Below the pieces are notes generated by a model. That model was not told the origin of the DNA. It did no database searches and was given only the letters and a program-made list of their open reading frames with translations. Source: Bacteroidota bacterium (lineage in GTDB: Bacteria > Bacteroidota > Bacteroidia > UBA7662). From it: a stretch of DNA of 47,586 nucleotides. Below, piece by piece: positions 18,682 through 27,651 of the stretch; within the stretch, counting starts at the first letter, position 1; each line of letters begins with the position of its first letter. Position numbers and translations under genes: made by a program. Location: positions 1-47,586 of the forward strand of contig VGFN01000002.1 in NCBI GenBank assembly GCA_016868875.1, given 5' to 3'.

Positions 18682-19896
18682 ATGGGATGCGGTTCTTGCA
18701 GTGGTGGGTCTTGTACCCCTCAGGGTTGTGGTAGCCAAGGCCATTGTGCAAGCGGTGGCTGCAATCGGTTCAACGCCTATGATTGGCTTTCGGATTTGCC
18801 TGCGGAAGCCGGTACAGCCTCAGGTCCTGAATGGGTTGAGGTGAGGTTTAAGGCCAACCGTAAGGAGTTTTTTGTGAACGCATCCAAGACTCCGTTGTAC
18901 CCCAACGAATGGGTGGTTGTGGAAGCCAAAACAGGATACGATATGGGCCAGGTCTCCCTCAAAGGTGAGTTGGTTCGCCTCCAAATGCGAAAGCGCAATG
19001 CCCTTGCCGAAGCGCAGGAAACCCGCAAGATTTTTCGCAAAGCCAACGAAGCCGAAAGAGAACGGCTCCACGGACTGCGAACCCGCGAGTTGGATGTCAT
19101 CATGCGTGCTCGCAATGTCGTCGAACATATGCGATTGAACATGAAGGTCACCGATGCGGAATTTCAAGCCGACGCCTCCAAGGTTTTTCTTTATTATACC
19201 GCTGAACAGCGAATTGATTTTAGGGAATTGGTCCGAAAACTTGCGGAGACTCTGCAGGCTCGTGTGGAGATGCGTCAAATCAACCCGCGCCAAGAAGCGG
19301 CTAGGTTGGGAGGTTTGGGGGTATGCGGACGTGAATTATGTTGCAGCACTTGGCTAACCGATTTTAAACCGGTTTCCTCTAATGCCGCACGTTATCAACA
19401 GCTTTCGATCAACCAAGCCAAACTCTCGGGACAATGCGGCCGCCTCAAATGTTGCTTGAATTACGAGCTGGATTCTTATATGGATGCGCTGAAGGATATT
19501 CCCCGAGGTGTTCGCTTTTTGACGACCAAATCAGGAACCTACGATTGCATCAAAACCGATATTTTCAAAAAGACCATGTGGTTTCAGCTCCGAAAAGGAG
19601 ACGCTGCCGGAGGTGATCAAATTGTGTTGGCCCTTTCTGCAGTGCAAGTTGCCGAATTGCAAGAAAAATCCAAGGCGGGTATTCCTATTGAATCCCTTTC
19701 TGGATTTTCGGTAACTGAAGAGAAGCCGGATCTTCCTGCCGAACCGGATTATGAAGTAACCCAGGGTGGGAGATTGAACCGCTTTGACCGTTCGGGTAAA
19801 TCCTCCAATCGCAAAAAGCGCAAAAAGCCTTTCAACAAAGGCAACAAACCTACTGCCGCTCCCGGCACTCAGGCATCTGCTCCCAATCCCTCATGA
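18682..19896 (+). CDS. PSP1-domain protein (RicT/YaaT-like)
   Basis: Cys-rich N-terminus, then the PSP1 core FQADASKVFLYYTAEQRIDFRELVRKLA..RVEMRQI..GGLGVCGRELCCSTWL..CGRLKCCLNYE. It lies directly after holB, as in many bacteria. Confidence 0.85.
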   Translation: MGCGSCSGGSCTPQGCGSQGHCASGGCNRFNAYDWLSDLPAEAGTASGPEWVEVRFKANRKEFFVNASKTPLYPNEWVVVEAKTGYDMGQVSLKGELVRLQMRKRNALAEAQETRKIFRKANEAERERLHGLRTRELDVIMRARNVVEHMRLNMKVTDAEFQADASKVFLYYTAEQRIDFRELVRKLAETLQARVEMRQINPRQEAARLGGLGVCGRELCCSTWLTDFKPVSSNAARYQQLSINQAKLSGQCGRLKCCLNYELDSYMDALKDIPRGVRFLTTKSGTYDCIKTDIFKKTMWFQLRKGDAAGGDQIVLALSAVQVAELQEKSKAGIPIESLSGFSVTEEKPDLPAEPDYEVTQGGRLNRFDRSGKSSNRKKRKKPFNKGNKPTAAPGTQASAPNPS

Positions 19897-20363
19897 GATT
19901 GAACATGTTCCGGGCAGGGTGGTTGCTCTTCGTGGTCTCAGGCCTTGGCGTGGCTTGCCAACCGGAAGCTGATTTGGAGGTGATGTTGCCTATTGCGAAC
20001 CAATCTTGGTCCCATTCGACGGCCGTTGTCATCCCCTACCATAACACCGATACCCTAAGACCGCGTCAAATTCTTTTGCGCCTCAGGCATTCAGGCGATT
20101 ACCCGTACAGAAATTTGCATACCCTTTGTCACCTGATCGGACCTGAGGGCGATTCCATGGTCGTTCAGACCAGAACGATGCTTTCGGATCCGCAGGGACG
20201 CTGGTTGGGACAAAGCGCAATGGGGGATGTGTACACGATAAGCGATACCATGATGCGTGATTTTCGATTCCGCAAGCAAGGGGTGTACAGGTTCAGAATT
20301 CACCAACATATGCGCATCAATCCCGTACCCTCTGTGGAAGAAGTCGGACTCTCGATTCGTTAA
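19893..20363 (+). CDS. gldH: Gliding-motility/T9SS-associated lipoprotein GldH
   Basis: Lipobox LGVAC. About 156 aa. GldH-like pattern W..S....IP.....L.....ILLRLRHSGDYPYRNL......GPEGD.....M.SDPQGRWLGQ..G.....GVYRFRI.Q.MR. The ATG overlaps the PSP1 stop (ATGA). Confidence 0.7.
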   Translation: MRLNMFRAGWLLFVVSGLGVACQPEADLEVMLPIANQSWSHSTAVVIPYHNTDTLRPRQILLRLRHSGDYPYRNLHTLCHLIGPEGDSMVVQTRTMLSDPQGRWLGQSAMGDVYTISDTMMRDFRFRKQGVYRFRIHQHMRINPVPSVEEVGLSIR

Positions 20364-20418
20364 AGGCAATATCGCTGCAAGACGGGGCAAGAATGCCAGC
20401 GTCCAGTGGAATCAAAGA

Positions 20419-21120
20419 TTATGGCTGTACGTAAAAGCGATAAACCCCTGTACGCTTTGGGCCGTTCGGCAATTGAGCAAGATAGACACCGGCAGGAAGG
20501 GCTTGAAGGTCATAGGCTTGAACGGATGCTGTCACAACAGAGGACCGCATAACCTTGCCGCTCATGTCCACGATTTGCATGGTGTTCCCAATTAGGTGGT
20601 CCGGCACAGAAATCCATAATTGTTGCCCAAACTGTCGCCAGGCGATTTCATGCTCGGTGTGGGTCAATTGGAATTGCCCACTGCCCAGGGTACTGCCAAT
20701 GTAGGTGATGAACTGTGTGGCGGTAGGATTGGCTAAATTCCGAAGTGAAATTCGTTGATACCCTGAACCCGCTTGATTATTCGGGTAGAAGTGCCCATCC
20801 AAATTGGCCGTATCGCGTGCCGGCAGCACAAAGTCTGCGCTATCGACAAAGGGTGGAAAGCAATTGTTAAGATCGCAAACAGTGCAGGTCCAAGTTGAAG
20901 GCAATTGAACGCCAACTCTTTTCCAACGGATATTCAGTGGGGTGGCCCCGGTATTAGCAATAAGGCCGTAGCCCACCAATTCAAACTGCGTTGCAGAACC
21001 GCTGATACGCATCGTGTCCGATGTAATCAGGGTCAATTGACCATAGGCCGATGGCGAGGCTAATGACCAAAGGGTCGCTACAATAGCGATGGCCAAAAAT
21101 TGTATAGAATATCGATTCAT
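20419..21120 (-). CDS. Small secreted protein with a T9SS type-A C-terminal sorting domain
   Basis: Start chosen at ATG 21120 (MNRYSIQFLAIAIVATLWSLASPSAYGQ signal peptide). The C-terminus MQIVDMSGKVM..VQAYDLQALPAGVYLAQL.....YRFYVQP is a typical Por/T9SS type-A tail. It also has a CTVCDLNNC motif. Confidence 0.8.
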   Translation of the reverse strand: MNRYSIQFLAIAIVATLWSLASPSAYGQLTLITSDTMRISGSATQFELVGYGLIANTGATPLNIRWKRVGVQLPSTWTCTVCDLNNCFPPFVDSADFVLPARDTANLDGHFYPNNQAGSGYQRISLRNLANPTATQFITYIGSTLGSGQFQLTHTEHEIAWRQFGQQLWISVPDHLIGNTMQIVDMSGKVMRSSVVTASVQAYDLQALPAGVYLAQLPNGPKRTGVYRFYVQP

Positions 21121-21136
21121 TGGAAGGTTTGGTTCT

Positions 21137-21910
21137 TTAGGTAAAATTACGTTGAGAGCGACCATTTACGGAAGGCATTATGCCTTGATCTGCAAAGCTC
21201 AAATAACGATGCTGGGCAAAAATGAGATGGTCAAGGACTCGGAGGTCCAGGAGTTTTGCCGCAGATTCCACCTTTGCAGTGAGTTCTCGATCGGCATCGC
21301 TTGGTTGCAGATTGCCGGAAGGATGATTGTGCAAAAGAATAAGGCTGCTGGCCCGGTAATCCAATGCCAGTTTGAGGATGATTCGCGGATCGGCCGCCGT
21401 AAAACTGATACCACCTTCGCTGATTTGCTCTACCCCCAAAAGGCGATGGGCTTGATTCAAAAGGGCCACTGCGAAGATTTCATGCCCTTTGTTCATAAAT
21501 AAACTTTTGCAATATTCGAACAAGTCCGAAGAACTTCGAATGGTTGGTTTGTCTTCGGTAGGGGGGCTGAATACTCTTCTGCCCAATTCCATGGCCGCTG
21601 CAATTTTGATCGCCTTGGCCTGACCTATACCGCTGAGCTGGGAGAGTTGCTGTACATGCATTTGGGCTAGGGTTCTGAGGTCATGTCGGCACATCTGCAG
21701 GATTTGTCCTGCCAATGCAAGCGCCGAACAGTGAGCGGTCCCGTTTCCAAGCAGGATGGCCAGGAGTTCCCGGTTCTCCAAATTTTCCCGGCCATGGCGT
21801 AGCAGTTTCTCGCGTGGACGTTGCTGAGCAGGCAGGCTTTTGATGCTTTGATCCGGGATGCTTTGAACAGTTTCGGAACCTGTGGGCGTTCGTGTCGGCA
21901 TATCATCCAC
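21137..21910 (-). CDS. radC: RadC-family JAB/MPN domain protein (full-length form with HhH)
   Basis: HhH LSQLSGIGQAKAIKI and JAMM motif LLHNHPSGNLQPSDADRELT. Confidence 0.85.
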   Translation of the reverse strand: MDDMPTRTPTGSETVQSIPDQSIKSLPAQQRPREKLLRHGRENLENRELLAILLGNGTAHCSALALAGQILQMCRHDLRTLAQMHVQQLSQLSGIGQAKAIKIAAAMELGRRVFSPPTEDKPTIRSSSDLFEYCKSLFMNKGHEIFAVALLNQAHRLLGVEQISEGGISFTAADPRIILKLALDYRASSLILLHNHPSGNLQPSDADRELTAKVESAAKLLDLRVLDHLIFAQHRYLSFADQGIMPSVNGRSQRNFT

Positions 21911-21944
21911 AAAAAAAAACCCGACTCTTGGTAGAGTCGGGTTT
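21911..21944 (-). terminator. Rho-independent terminator downstream of rpsT
   Basis: On the minus strand, aaacccgactc-(taccaa)-gagtcgggttt forms an 11-bp stem (21917-21927 with 21934-21944), followed by a run of 9 T (the complement of the A-run at 21911-21919). Confidence 0.85.
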
Positions 21945-21973
21945 AAACACTTATTCGAGAAATTTGAGAGAAC

Positions 21974-22228
21974 TTATCCCAAAGAGGCTACTTTCCGAGC
22001 TAATTGGGACTTCTGCCTCGCGGCTTTATTGGCGTGAATAATATGCTTCTTGGCCAATTTGTCAATGCGGGAGATGACCGATGGCAGCATTTGCCGAGCT
22101 TCTTCGCCCATGGTCAAGGTCCTAAGCCTTTTGATCATGGTTTTGGTGGTTTTGAGCTGGTAACGATTACGCAGTCTTCGAACGGCGGTTTGTCTAATTC
22201 GCTTGATGGCAGAGGCGTGATTGGCCAT
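21974..22228 (-). CDS. rpsT: 30S ribosomal protein S20
   Basis: MANHASAIKRIRQTAVRRLRNRYQLKTTKT..., 84 aa and basic, a classic S20 N-terminus. Confidence 0.95.
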   Translation of the reverse strand: MANHASAIKRIRQTAVRRLRNRYQLKTTKTMIKRLRTLTMGEEARQMLPSVISRIDKLAKKHIIHANKAARQKSQLARKVASLG

Positions 22229-22259
22229 AGAGAGGGGGTGTTAGATGATTTAAAGACCG

Positions 22260-22267
22260 CAAATTTA
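22260..22267 (-). promoter_or_regulatory. Candidate -7 element (TAAATTTG on the minus strand) for rpsT
   Basis: Plus-strand caaattta is the reverse complement of TAAATTTG, which matches TAnnTTTG. It lies about 31 nt upstream of the rpsT ATG. Confidence 0.45.
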
Positions 22268-22288
22268 CGGAATTTGCTTAAATAACCC

Positions 22289-22296
22289 TAATTTTG
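22289..22296 (+). promoter_or_regulatory. Candidate -7 element (TAATTTTG) for the DUF4920 gene
   Basis: Exact TAnnTTTG match 15 nt upstream of the ATG at 22311. That implies a very short leader, so the call is uncertain. Confidence 0.4.
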
Positions 22297-22310
22297 CATA
22301 AAATTTTCCA

Positions 22311-22814
22311 ATGAATATTCGAACAAAAATCTCAAAAAAGGCTCTCGAAGCTGTTTTATTCTCAATTCTAGGGATGTGGACGGGGGTTTCTTGCCAAAAT
22401 GGGGTCAAATCCGATGATTCCCAATGGACCTATTTCGGGGATTCCATTACGGTAGAAGGCGCAACGGACGTCTCCGAGCTTCCTGAATTAATGAAGGGCA
22501 AAACCATGGCGGAGTTCAAATTGTCAGGCACCATTCAAGAGTGTTGCCAGAAGAAGGGTTGTTGGATGAAGCTCGATATGGGGAACGATCAAATGCTGAG
22601 GGTAGGTTTCAAGGACTATGCTTTCTTCATGCCTTTGGAGTCGGCAGGTTCCAAAATTGTCATGCAAGGCATGGCCACCTACGACACCACATCGGTTGAA
22701 GCTTTGCGGCATTATGCTGAAGATGCCGGCAAGACCAAAGATGAAATCGCAGCGATCACCGAACCGGAGGTGGAATTGGTGTTTGAAGCAAGCGGAGTGC
22801 GGTTGCGCAAATAG
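22311..22814 (+). CDS. DUF4920-domain protein (secreted or lipoprotein)
   Basis: Signal-like N-terminus ending GVSC, plus the hallmark CCQKKGCWMKLD block. Confidence 0.75.
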   Translation: MNIRTKISKKALEAVLFSILGMWTGVSCQNGVKSDDSQWTYFGDSITVEGATDVSELPELMKGKTMAEFKLSGTIQECCQKKGCWMKLDMGNDQMLRVGFKDYAFFMPLESAGSKIVMQGMATYDTTSVEALRHYAEDAGKTKDEIAAITEPEVELVFEASGVRLRK

Positions 22815-22825
22815 TGACCACCGTG

Positions 22826-23323
22826 ATGGCTCCCAAGGCGGTTGTTTATACCGTTTTTTTGGCAATTTGGGTTGGAGGACTGGCCCTGATGGGGGCATGC
22901 TCTGACTCAGGCTCTGGGTTTTGGGTAAACTCCAAAAATCCATCCGGGAACGCGAGCAAGGAGGATACCGCCTGCGCTGTTCAATTGGCATCGCCTAAAG
23001 TTTCCCCCATGGCTGCAGCAATGCGCGCTATGTTGATACAAGCCGAAACAATGAGAGCCTATTTGATATCCGATTCCGCTCAAAGCAGTCCACCACCGGC
23101 CTGGGCCCCTATGCCCTTCGAAAAGCAAATGCCCACCGATTCCAATGTGGTGACCCCTGATTTCCTTCGTCGGGCTTCCGATTATCATAAGGCCTTTGAG
23201 AGGGTGGGCCGTGAACCAACCCCCGAACATTTCAATGCGGTCGTTGCCCAATGCGTGCAATGCCACGAATCCAATTGCCCGGGTCCGATTAAGCGAATCA
23301 ATCGCCTGCGCATCGAGATTTAA
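22826..23323 (+). CDS. Putative c-type heme lipoprotein (CXXCH near the C-terminus)
   Basis: Lipobox LMGAC after a hydrophobic segment and a single CVQCH motif about 20 aa from the C-terminus. The start could be ATG 22826 or GTG 22814; the GTG overlaps the DUF4920 stop. Confidence 0.55.
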   Translation: MAPKAVVYTVFLAIWVGGLALMGACSDSGSGFWVNSKNPSGNASKEDTACAVQLASPKVSPMAAAMRAMLIQAETMRAYLISDSAQSSPPPAWAPMPFEKQMPTDSNVVTPDFLRRASDYHKAFERVGREPTPEHFNAVVAQCVQCHESNCPGPIKRINRLRIEI

Positions 23324-23496
23324 ACAGCATCAACGCATGCGATTCAGCCCATGCGCAAGACAGCATGGGATGTTAAGCGTTTGTAACCGGATCAGGGTCG
23401 GTTAAGGAACCAATTTGCGTCCTGTATGGATGCCAAAGGGTGAAAAAGCCAAGCAATTATTCCAAAACAATTCTCTCAGGAGAAAGCCATGCGCGG

Positions 23497-24513
23497 ATGG
23501 CCTCTCGATGGCTGACCTGTTTGTGTTTGGTGATCTGCTTCATATCGAACCCAGAAACTGCCCGGGCATGGGGTTTTATGGCTCATCGCTATATCAACGA
23601 ATCCGCCGTGTATTTACTCCCACAACCCCTCTTGGGTTATATGCTGCAGTACAAAGATGAGTTAAGAGATCGAGCGGTAGCAGCAGACCAAAGGAGGGCT
23701 TGGGATCCACAAGAAGCCGCTCGACATTTCATTGATTTGGACCATTGGGGGGATTCGGTTTTCTATTGCATGCCCATGAACTGGGGCGATGCAATTCGGT
23801 GTTATCACGAAGACAGCCTGCGTGAACACGGGGTATTACCGTGGCATACGGTCACGGTGTATCGTCGCTTGGTGAACGCTTTTGTTCGGGGGGATGCAGA
23901 ATCCGTTTGCCGTCATGCGGCGGATTTGGGACATTATTTGGCAGATGCCCACGTTCCCCTGCACTTGTGTTCCAATTATAATGGGCAATTTACCGGACAA
24001 CATGGGATTCATGCCTTATTGGAGAGTCGTATCCCTGAATATTTTATCGATCAAATGCTGCTACCGTTCAAACGTCCTCGATGGATACCCGATGTTCGTT
24101 TGTCGATTTGGGATATTATTCGGGAAAGTTCTGCACCCTTGGCGAGTGTTTTTGACTGTGAACGGAGATGTCGAACGACTCTGCCTATCCCTTGGCAATT
24201 TTCCCCAATTCAACAAGGGTCGCGTTTGGTACGAAAGGAGTCCAAGGAATTTGTTCAGTGTTACGATCAATGTCTGGGCGGATTAATGGGCCAAAGATTA
24301 TCCGCTTCGATCCATAACGTGGCCTCTTGGTGGTGGAGTGCTTGGATCGAGGCTGGTCAGCCAAAAGGGGTTACCCGGATGGATAAGAGGACTTTTGGTC
24401 AAAAAGAAAAAGGATTATCCATACCGGTTTCTGAGATTGAAGAAATTCAGGTGGATACCATTACCTCTTTGAGAGTTTTAAATCAACAAAGTAAGGAATG
24501 CGATGAAAGATAA
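23497..24513 (+). CDS. Zinc-dependent phospholipase C / S1-P1 nuclease superfamily protein
   Basis: Signal peptide then AWGFMAHRYINESAV, RHFIDLDHWGD, HGVLPWH, AADLGHYLADAHVPLHLCSNYNGQFTGQHGIHALLESRIPE. ATG 23497 is preferred over the GTG at 23440. Confidence 0.75.
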   Translation: MASRWLTCLCLVICFISNPETARAWGFMAHRYINESAVYLLPQPLLGYMLQYKDELRDRAVAADQRRAWDPQEAARHFIDLDHWGDSVFYCMPMNWGDAIRCYHEDSLREHGVLPWHTVTVYRRLVNAFVRGDAESVCRHAADLGHYLADAHVPLHLCSNYNGQFTGQHGIHALLESRIPEYFIDQMLLPFKRPRWIPDVRLSIWDIIRESSAPLASVFDCERRCRTTLPIPWQFSPIQQGSRLVRKESKEFVQCYDQCLGGLMGQRLSASIHNVASWWWSAWIEAGQPKGVTRMDKRTFGQKEKGLSIPVSEIEEIQVDTITSLRVLNQQSKECDER

Positions 24514-24617
24514 CCTGAACAACGTAAACCCTGAAAGTCAAAACTATTTTGATTAATTTTATGGTCAAAGGATAGGTAAACGTCTTTCTGTAGTCTTCTT
24601 TACGAAAAACAGGCTTT

Positions 24618-25094
24618 ATGCGATTAGGTGATCTTATTTGTTTGTTATTCCTTGCATGGACTTTTTGGCGTGGATACCAAAACGGTTTGGTGGGAGTCCT
24701 TTTCCAGTGGTTTGGCCTTTTTCTATCTTTGATAGCCGTTTGGTATATTCAGAAAACAAATTGCTGGGTTGAATGGGGTGTTGGAGCGGCGTCCAATTCT
24801 TCATCTTTTCTATGGAAATGGGGACTTTTGGCGGGAATTATGGTCGGAATTCAACTTCTATTCATAGCATTGAGCACTTTTTTAAATTCTGTATTCAAGG
24901 CAATGGGCTTGAATTTGGTAAATCGGTGGGTAGGTGCATTTTTAGCAGGCACAAAGTGGGTGACTATCCTTGCGCTTACCTTCTTTTTTTCGGCAAAAAT
25001 CCCATTTGTTCAAGTTTGGTTAAAATCGACCTTTCCCATTAGTTCGGATTGGTGGATTAGCCTTGGCAGAGTTATTTGGGCAATATTTAACTAA
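24618..25094 (+). CDS. cvpA: CvpA-family integral membrane protein
   Basis: 158 aa with four hydrophobic segments. N-terminus MRLGDLICLLFLAWTFWRGYQNGLV is typical of CvpA. Confidence 0.7.
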   Translation: MRLGDLICLLFLAWTFWRGYQNGLVGVLFQWFGLFLSLIAVWYIQKTNCWVEWGVGAASNSSSFLWKWGLLAGIMVGIQLLFIALSTFLNSVFKAMGLNLVNRWVGAFLAGTKWVTILALTFFFSAKIPFVQVWLKSTFPISSDWWISLGRVIWAIFN

Positions 25095-25097
25095 AGA

Positions 25098-25694
25098 GTG
25101 GCAAAGTTTCTTTTGATCGATAACAGGGATTCCTTTACGTACAACCTAAAAGCGTGGGTTATGCAAGGAGGGTATGAATGCCAAGTGCTTTCATGTGATG
25201 AACCAATGGCTAGGGTCCGTGAGGAGCATTGGGACCTTGCTATCCTTGGACCTGGCCCGGGTACGCCCCAAGAAGCAGGTTGGCTGTTGGATTTTATTTC
25301 TTTGTACGGTGACTCTAAACCCATGCTGGGAATATGTCTTGGGCATCAGGCTCTAGGTATTCATTTTGGGTCCAAACTAGTGAATGCTCAAGGCCCTGTG
25401 TTTGGAAAGAAGAGTTTGCTCAGATTATCGGCCACAATGGAAGCCCTTATGTCAAAATCTGGTTGGCCAAGCACGTCAAAGGCGCGAGGCCTTGAAGTTA
25501 TGCGCTACCATTCATTAATTTTGGATCAGGTTCCGCTGGAATTTGAATTGCTGGCTACAGCGGACGATGACTGCTCTACTCAGGCCATGCGTCATCAATC
25601 GAAGCCGCTTTGGGGTTACCAGTTTCATCCAGAATCTGTGCTATCAGACCAACCTGAATTACTTTTGAGAATATTCATGGATAGCCTCATATAA
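25098..25694 (+). CDS. pabA: Glutamine amidotransferase subunit of aminodeoxychorismate/anthranilate synthase (component II)
   Basis: LLIDNRDSFTYNL, the catalytic Cys in GICLGHQAL, and YQFHPES. GTG start. No trp genes are nearby, so the pabA versus trpG assignment is uncertain. Confidence 0.8.
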   Translation: MAKFLLIDNRDSFTYNLKAWVMQGGYECQVLSCDEPMARVREEHWDLAILGPGPGTPQEAGWLLDFISLYGDSKPMLGICLGHQALGIHFGSKLVNAQGPVFGKKSLLRLSATMEALMSKSGWPSTSKARGLEVMRYHSLILDQVPLEFELLATADDDCSTQAMRHQSKPLWGYQFHPESVLSDQPELLLRIFMDSLI

Positions 25695-25695
25695 A

Positions 25696-26607
25696 ATGAA
25701 AAAATTCTGGGATACTCTATTAATCTATGCAAGGCCCTCCATTACCCTTAAGTTGGATGGATTGGAAAGGCTTGTCTTTGCTTCGAAAGGGTTACCGGTT
25801 AGACTCTTATGGCATCAAAGCCTAAGCGAGGCCTTAAATGGGTTAGAGCTTGATGTTGACCCCCATTTTTTTGATTCCAATGAACCCTGTCCGGAGTTCA
25901 TTCAAAAGAGAAAGGAAAATACTTTGGTTTTGACCCTGGGAGGCGATGGAACACTTTTGGATGGGATTCAGTTTGCGGTAGAATGGGACTTACCTGTTTT
26001 TGGCTTTCATTTTGGTCGTCTGGGTTTTCTTAGTTCCGCTGGTGGAACCGTTGATTTTTCGGCGGTTTTAACGGCTATGCTCAACGGGCAATTGGAAATA
26101 GAAAACCGGAGTTTGGTGGCTTGTAAGTTTCCATTACCAATGAAGGGGACCGGAATGGGTTTTGCCTTGAACGAAATGGCCTTGCACCGTCAAGGGGCGG
26201 GCATCATGCGGATTACCTGCTTGGTTAATGAGGAACTTTTGAACAATTACCAAGCCGATGGATTGCTTGTATCCACTCCTACTGGTTCAACGGCGTATTC
26301 CATGAGCTGCGGAGGCCCCATTGTTTTGCCCCAAAGTAAGGTATTTTTGATTACTCCTGTCGCAGGGCATCAATTGGGGATTAGGCCTGTTTTGCTGCCG
26401 GATACGAGCAGTTTACAGCTAATTACTGCCGCGGGGGGTGGAGGCGCTCAACTCATGCTGGACGGTAAGCCTATACAATGGGCAGGTTACGGTACCTTAG
26501 AAATTTACCGTCATGAGAAGGTTTTGGCCCTGGCTCGATTAAAAGGGTTTTCAGATTTACATAACCTTCGGGCGAAACTGCTTTGGGGCTTGGATGTAAG
26601 GGGTTGA
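25696..26607 (+). CDS. nadK: NAD(+) kinase
   Basis: LTLGGDGTLL, ALNEMAL, DGLLVSTPTGSTAYSMSCGGPIV. Confidence 0.9.
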   Translation: MKKFWDTLLIYARPSITLKLDGLERLVFASKGLPVRLLWHQSLSEALNGLELDVDPHFFDSNEPCPEFIQKRKENTLVLTLGGDGTLLDGIQFAVEWDLPVFGFHFGRLGFLSSAGGTVDFSAVLTAMLNGQLEIENRSLVACKFPLPMKGTGMGFALNEMALHRQGAGIMRITCLVNEELLNNYQADGLLVSTPTGSTAYSMSCGGPIVLPQSKVFLITPVAGHQLGIRPVLLPDTSSLQLITAAGGGGAQLMLDGKPIQWAGYGTLEIYRHEKVLALARLKGFSDLHNLRAKLLWGLDVRG

Positions 26608-26654
26608 TTTTCCCTATTTAGAGGGTATTTTCGCATTCTACCTATTCAAGTTGC

Positions 26655-27626
26655 ATGAAAATTCTTCGTTTATCGGCCTTCGGCATCATGTTTTGCCTTT
26701 TGGGGTTCCTAGGCATAGGAATCAAAGACGCCTCGGCTCAATACCGGGAATTTGGGGTTAACCTATTTTCCACCCATTACTTTGGAGATTTGACCCATGC
26801 GAATAATTTTTATTACAGCACTAGAGGCGGTGTTGGAGCTCATTTTCGCAGGCATTTGACCAAGAACATCAGCTTGAGAGCTGATGTCAATTTCGCGATG
26901 CTTTCAGGCGCAGATAATAGTCCTCGTTTGCGCAAGCTCAGTGAAGAAGCGTTCAACGATACTTCGAGATATTTTAAAGGACCGTTAACGGAATATTTTC
27001 AAGTTGACACCATTAGCCGTACGGTAACCGCGGTCCGTGGTGACGTGAATCTTCGAAATCTTAGTTTTCGTTCACTTTTATCGGAGTTCAGCGTTGTTGC
27101 TGAATATAAGTTTGGAGAATTCATGATCAATAGCTCGGTTACTCGGGCCAATTTTTATCTTTTCGGGGGCTTTAATGTCTACAATTTCAACTCTCAAGGC
27201 AAATCTGCCAATAATACGCTTGGTTGGGTGAGCCTCAAAGACATCACCACAGAAGGCCAGGGTTTGGAAAACTACTATGTTACGAAAGAGTTCCGTTCCA
27301 CGCAGATCGGCATCCCCTTGGGTATCGGAGTCCGTTGGACCGTGGATAAATACACACGTTTCGCCGCGGAGGCAGGATATCGAATCTTGTTCACCGATTA
27401 CCTTGATGACGTAAGCGGTAATTATGTAAATCCGGACGTAATTGGCTCAGTTCATGGGCAACAAGCCGCTGAATTTGTGGACCGTACCAGACAATTGCAC
27501 CCTTGGCTTAAGCCCAATACTTTGGGATCCGCAAGAGGGAATACCAACGGCTTGAACGACGGCTACATGTTTATAGGATTGAGTATTTCACGGGTGATTT
27601 ATCCGAACGACTGCCCAAGGCTCTGA
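26655..27626 (+). CDS. DUF6089-like outer-membrane beta-barrel protein
   Basis: Signal peptide ending ASAQ. HYFGDL motif near the N-terminus, TEGQGLE block, FTDYLDDVSG. It sits upstream of uppS-bamA, the usual position for this family in Bacteroidota. Confidence 0.65.
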   Translation: MKILRLSAFGIMFCLLGFLGIGIKDASAQYREFGVNLFSTHYFGDLTHANNFYYSTRGGVGAHFRRHLTKNISLRADVNFAMLSGADNSPRLRKLSEEAFNDTSRYFKGPLTEYFQVDTISRTVTAVRGDVNLRNLSFRSLLSEFSVVAEYKFGEFMINSSVTRANFYLFGGFNVYNFNSQGKSANNTLGWVSLKDITTEGQGLENYYVTKEFRSTQIGIPLGIGVRWTVDKYTRFAAEAGYRILFTDYLDDVSGNYVNPDVIGSVHGQQAAEFVDRTRQLHPWLKPNTLGSARGNTNGLNDGYMFIGLSISRVIYPNDCPRL

Positions 27627-27651
27627 TTTGCTAGTGATTTATTGTTAAAAA

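Noticed and set aside
21089-21502. 137-aa plus-strand ORF
   Set aside because: It is antisense to radC (the JAMM motif is on the minus strand) and overlaps the start of the T9SS type-A gene.
23324-23496. The longest intergenic gap, checked for a tRNA, small RNA or riboswitch
   Set aside because: There is no cloverleaf-compatible arms and no T-loop GTTCGAATC-like box. I found only a 5-bp hairpin (aaccg..cggtt) with no U-tract, and nothing else I can support.
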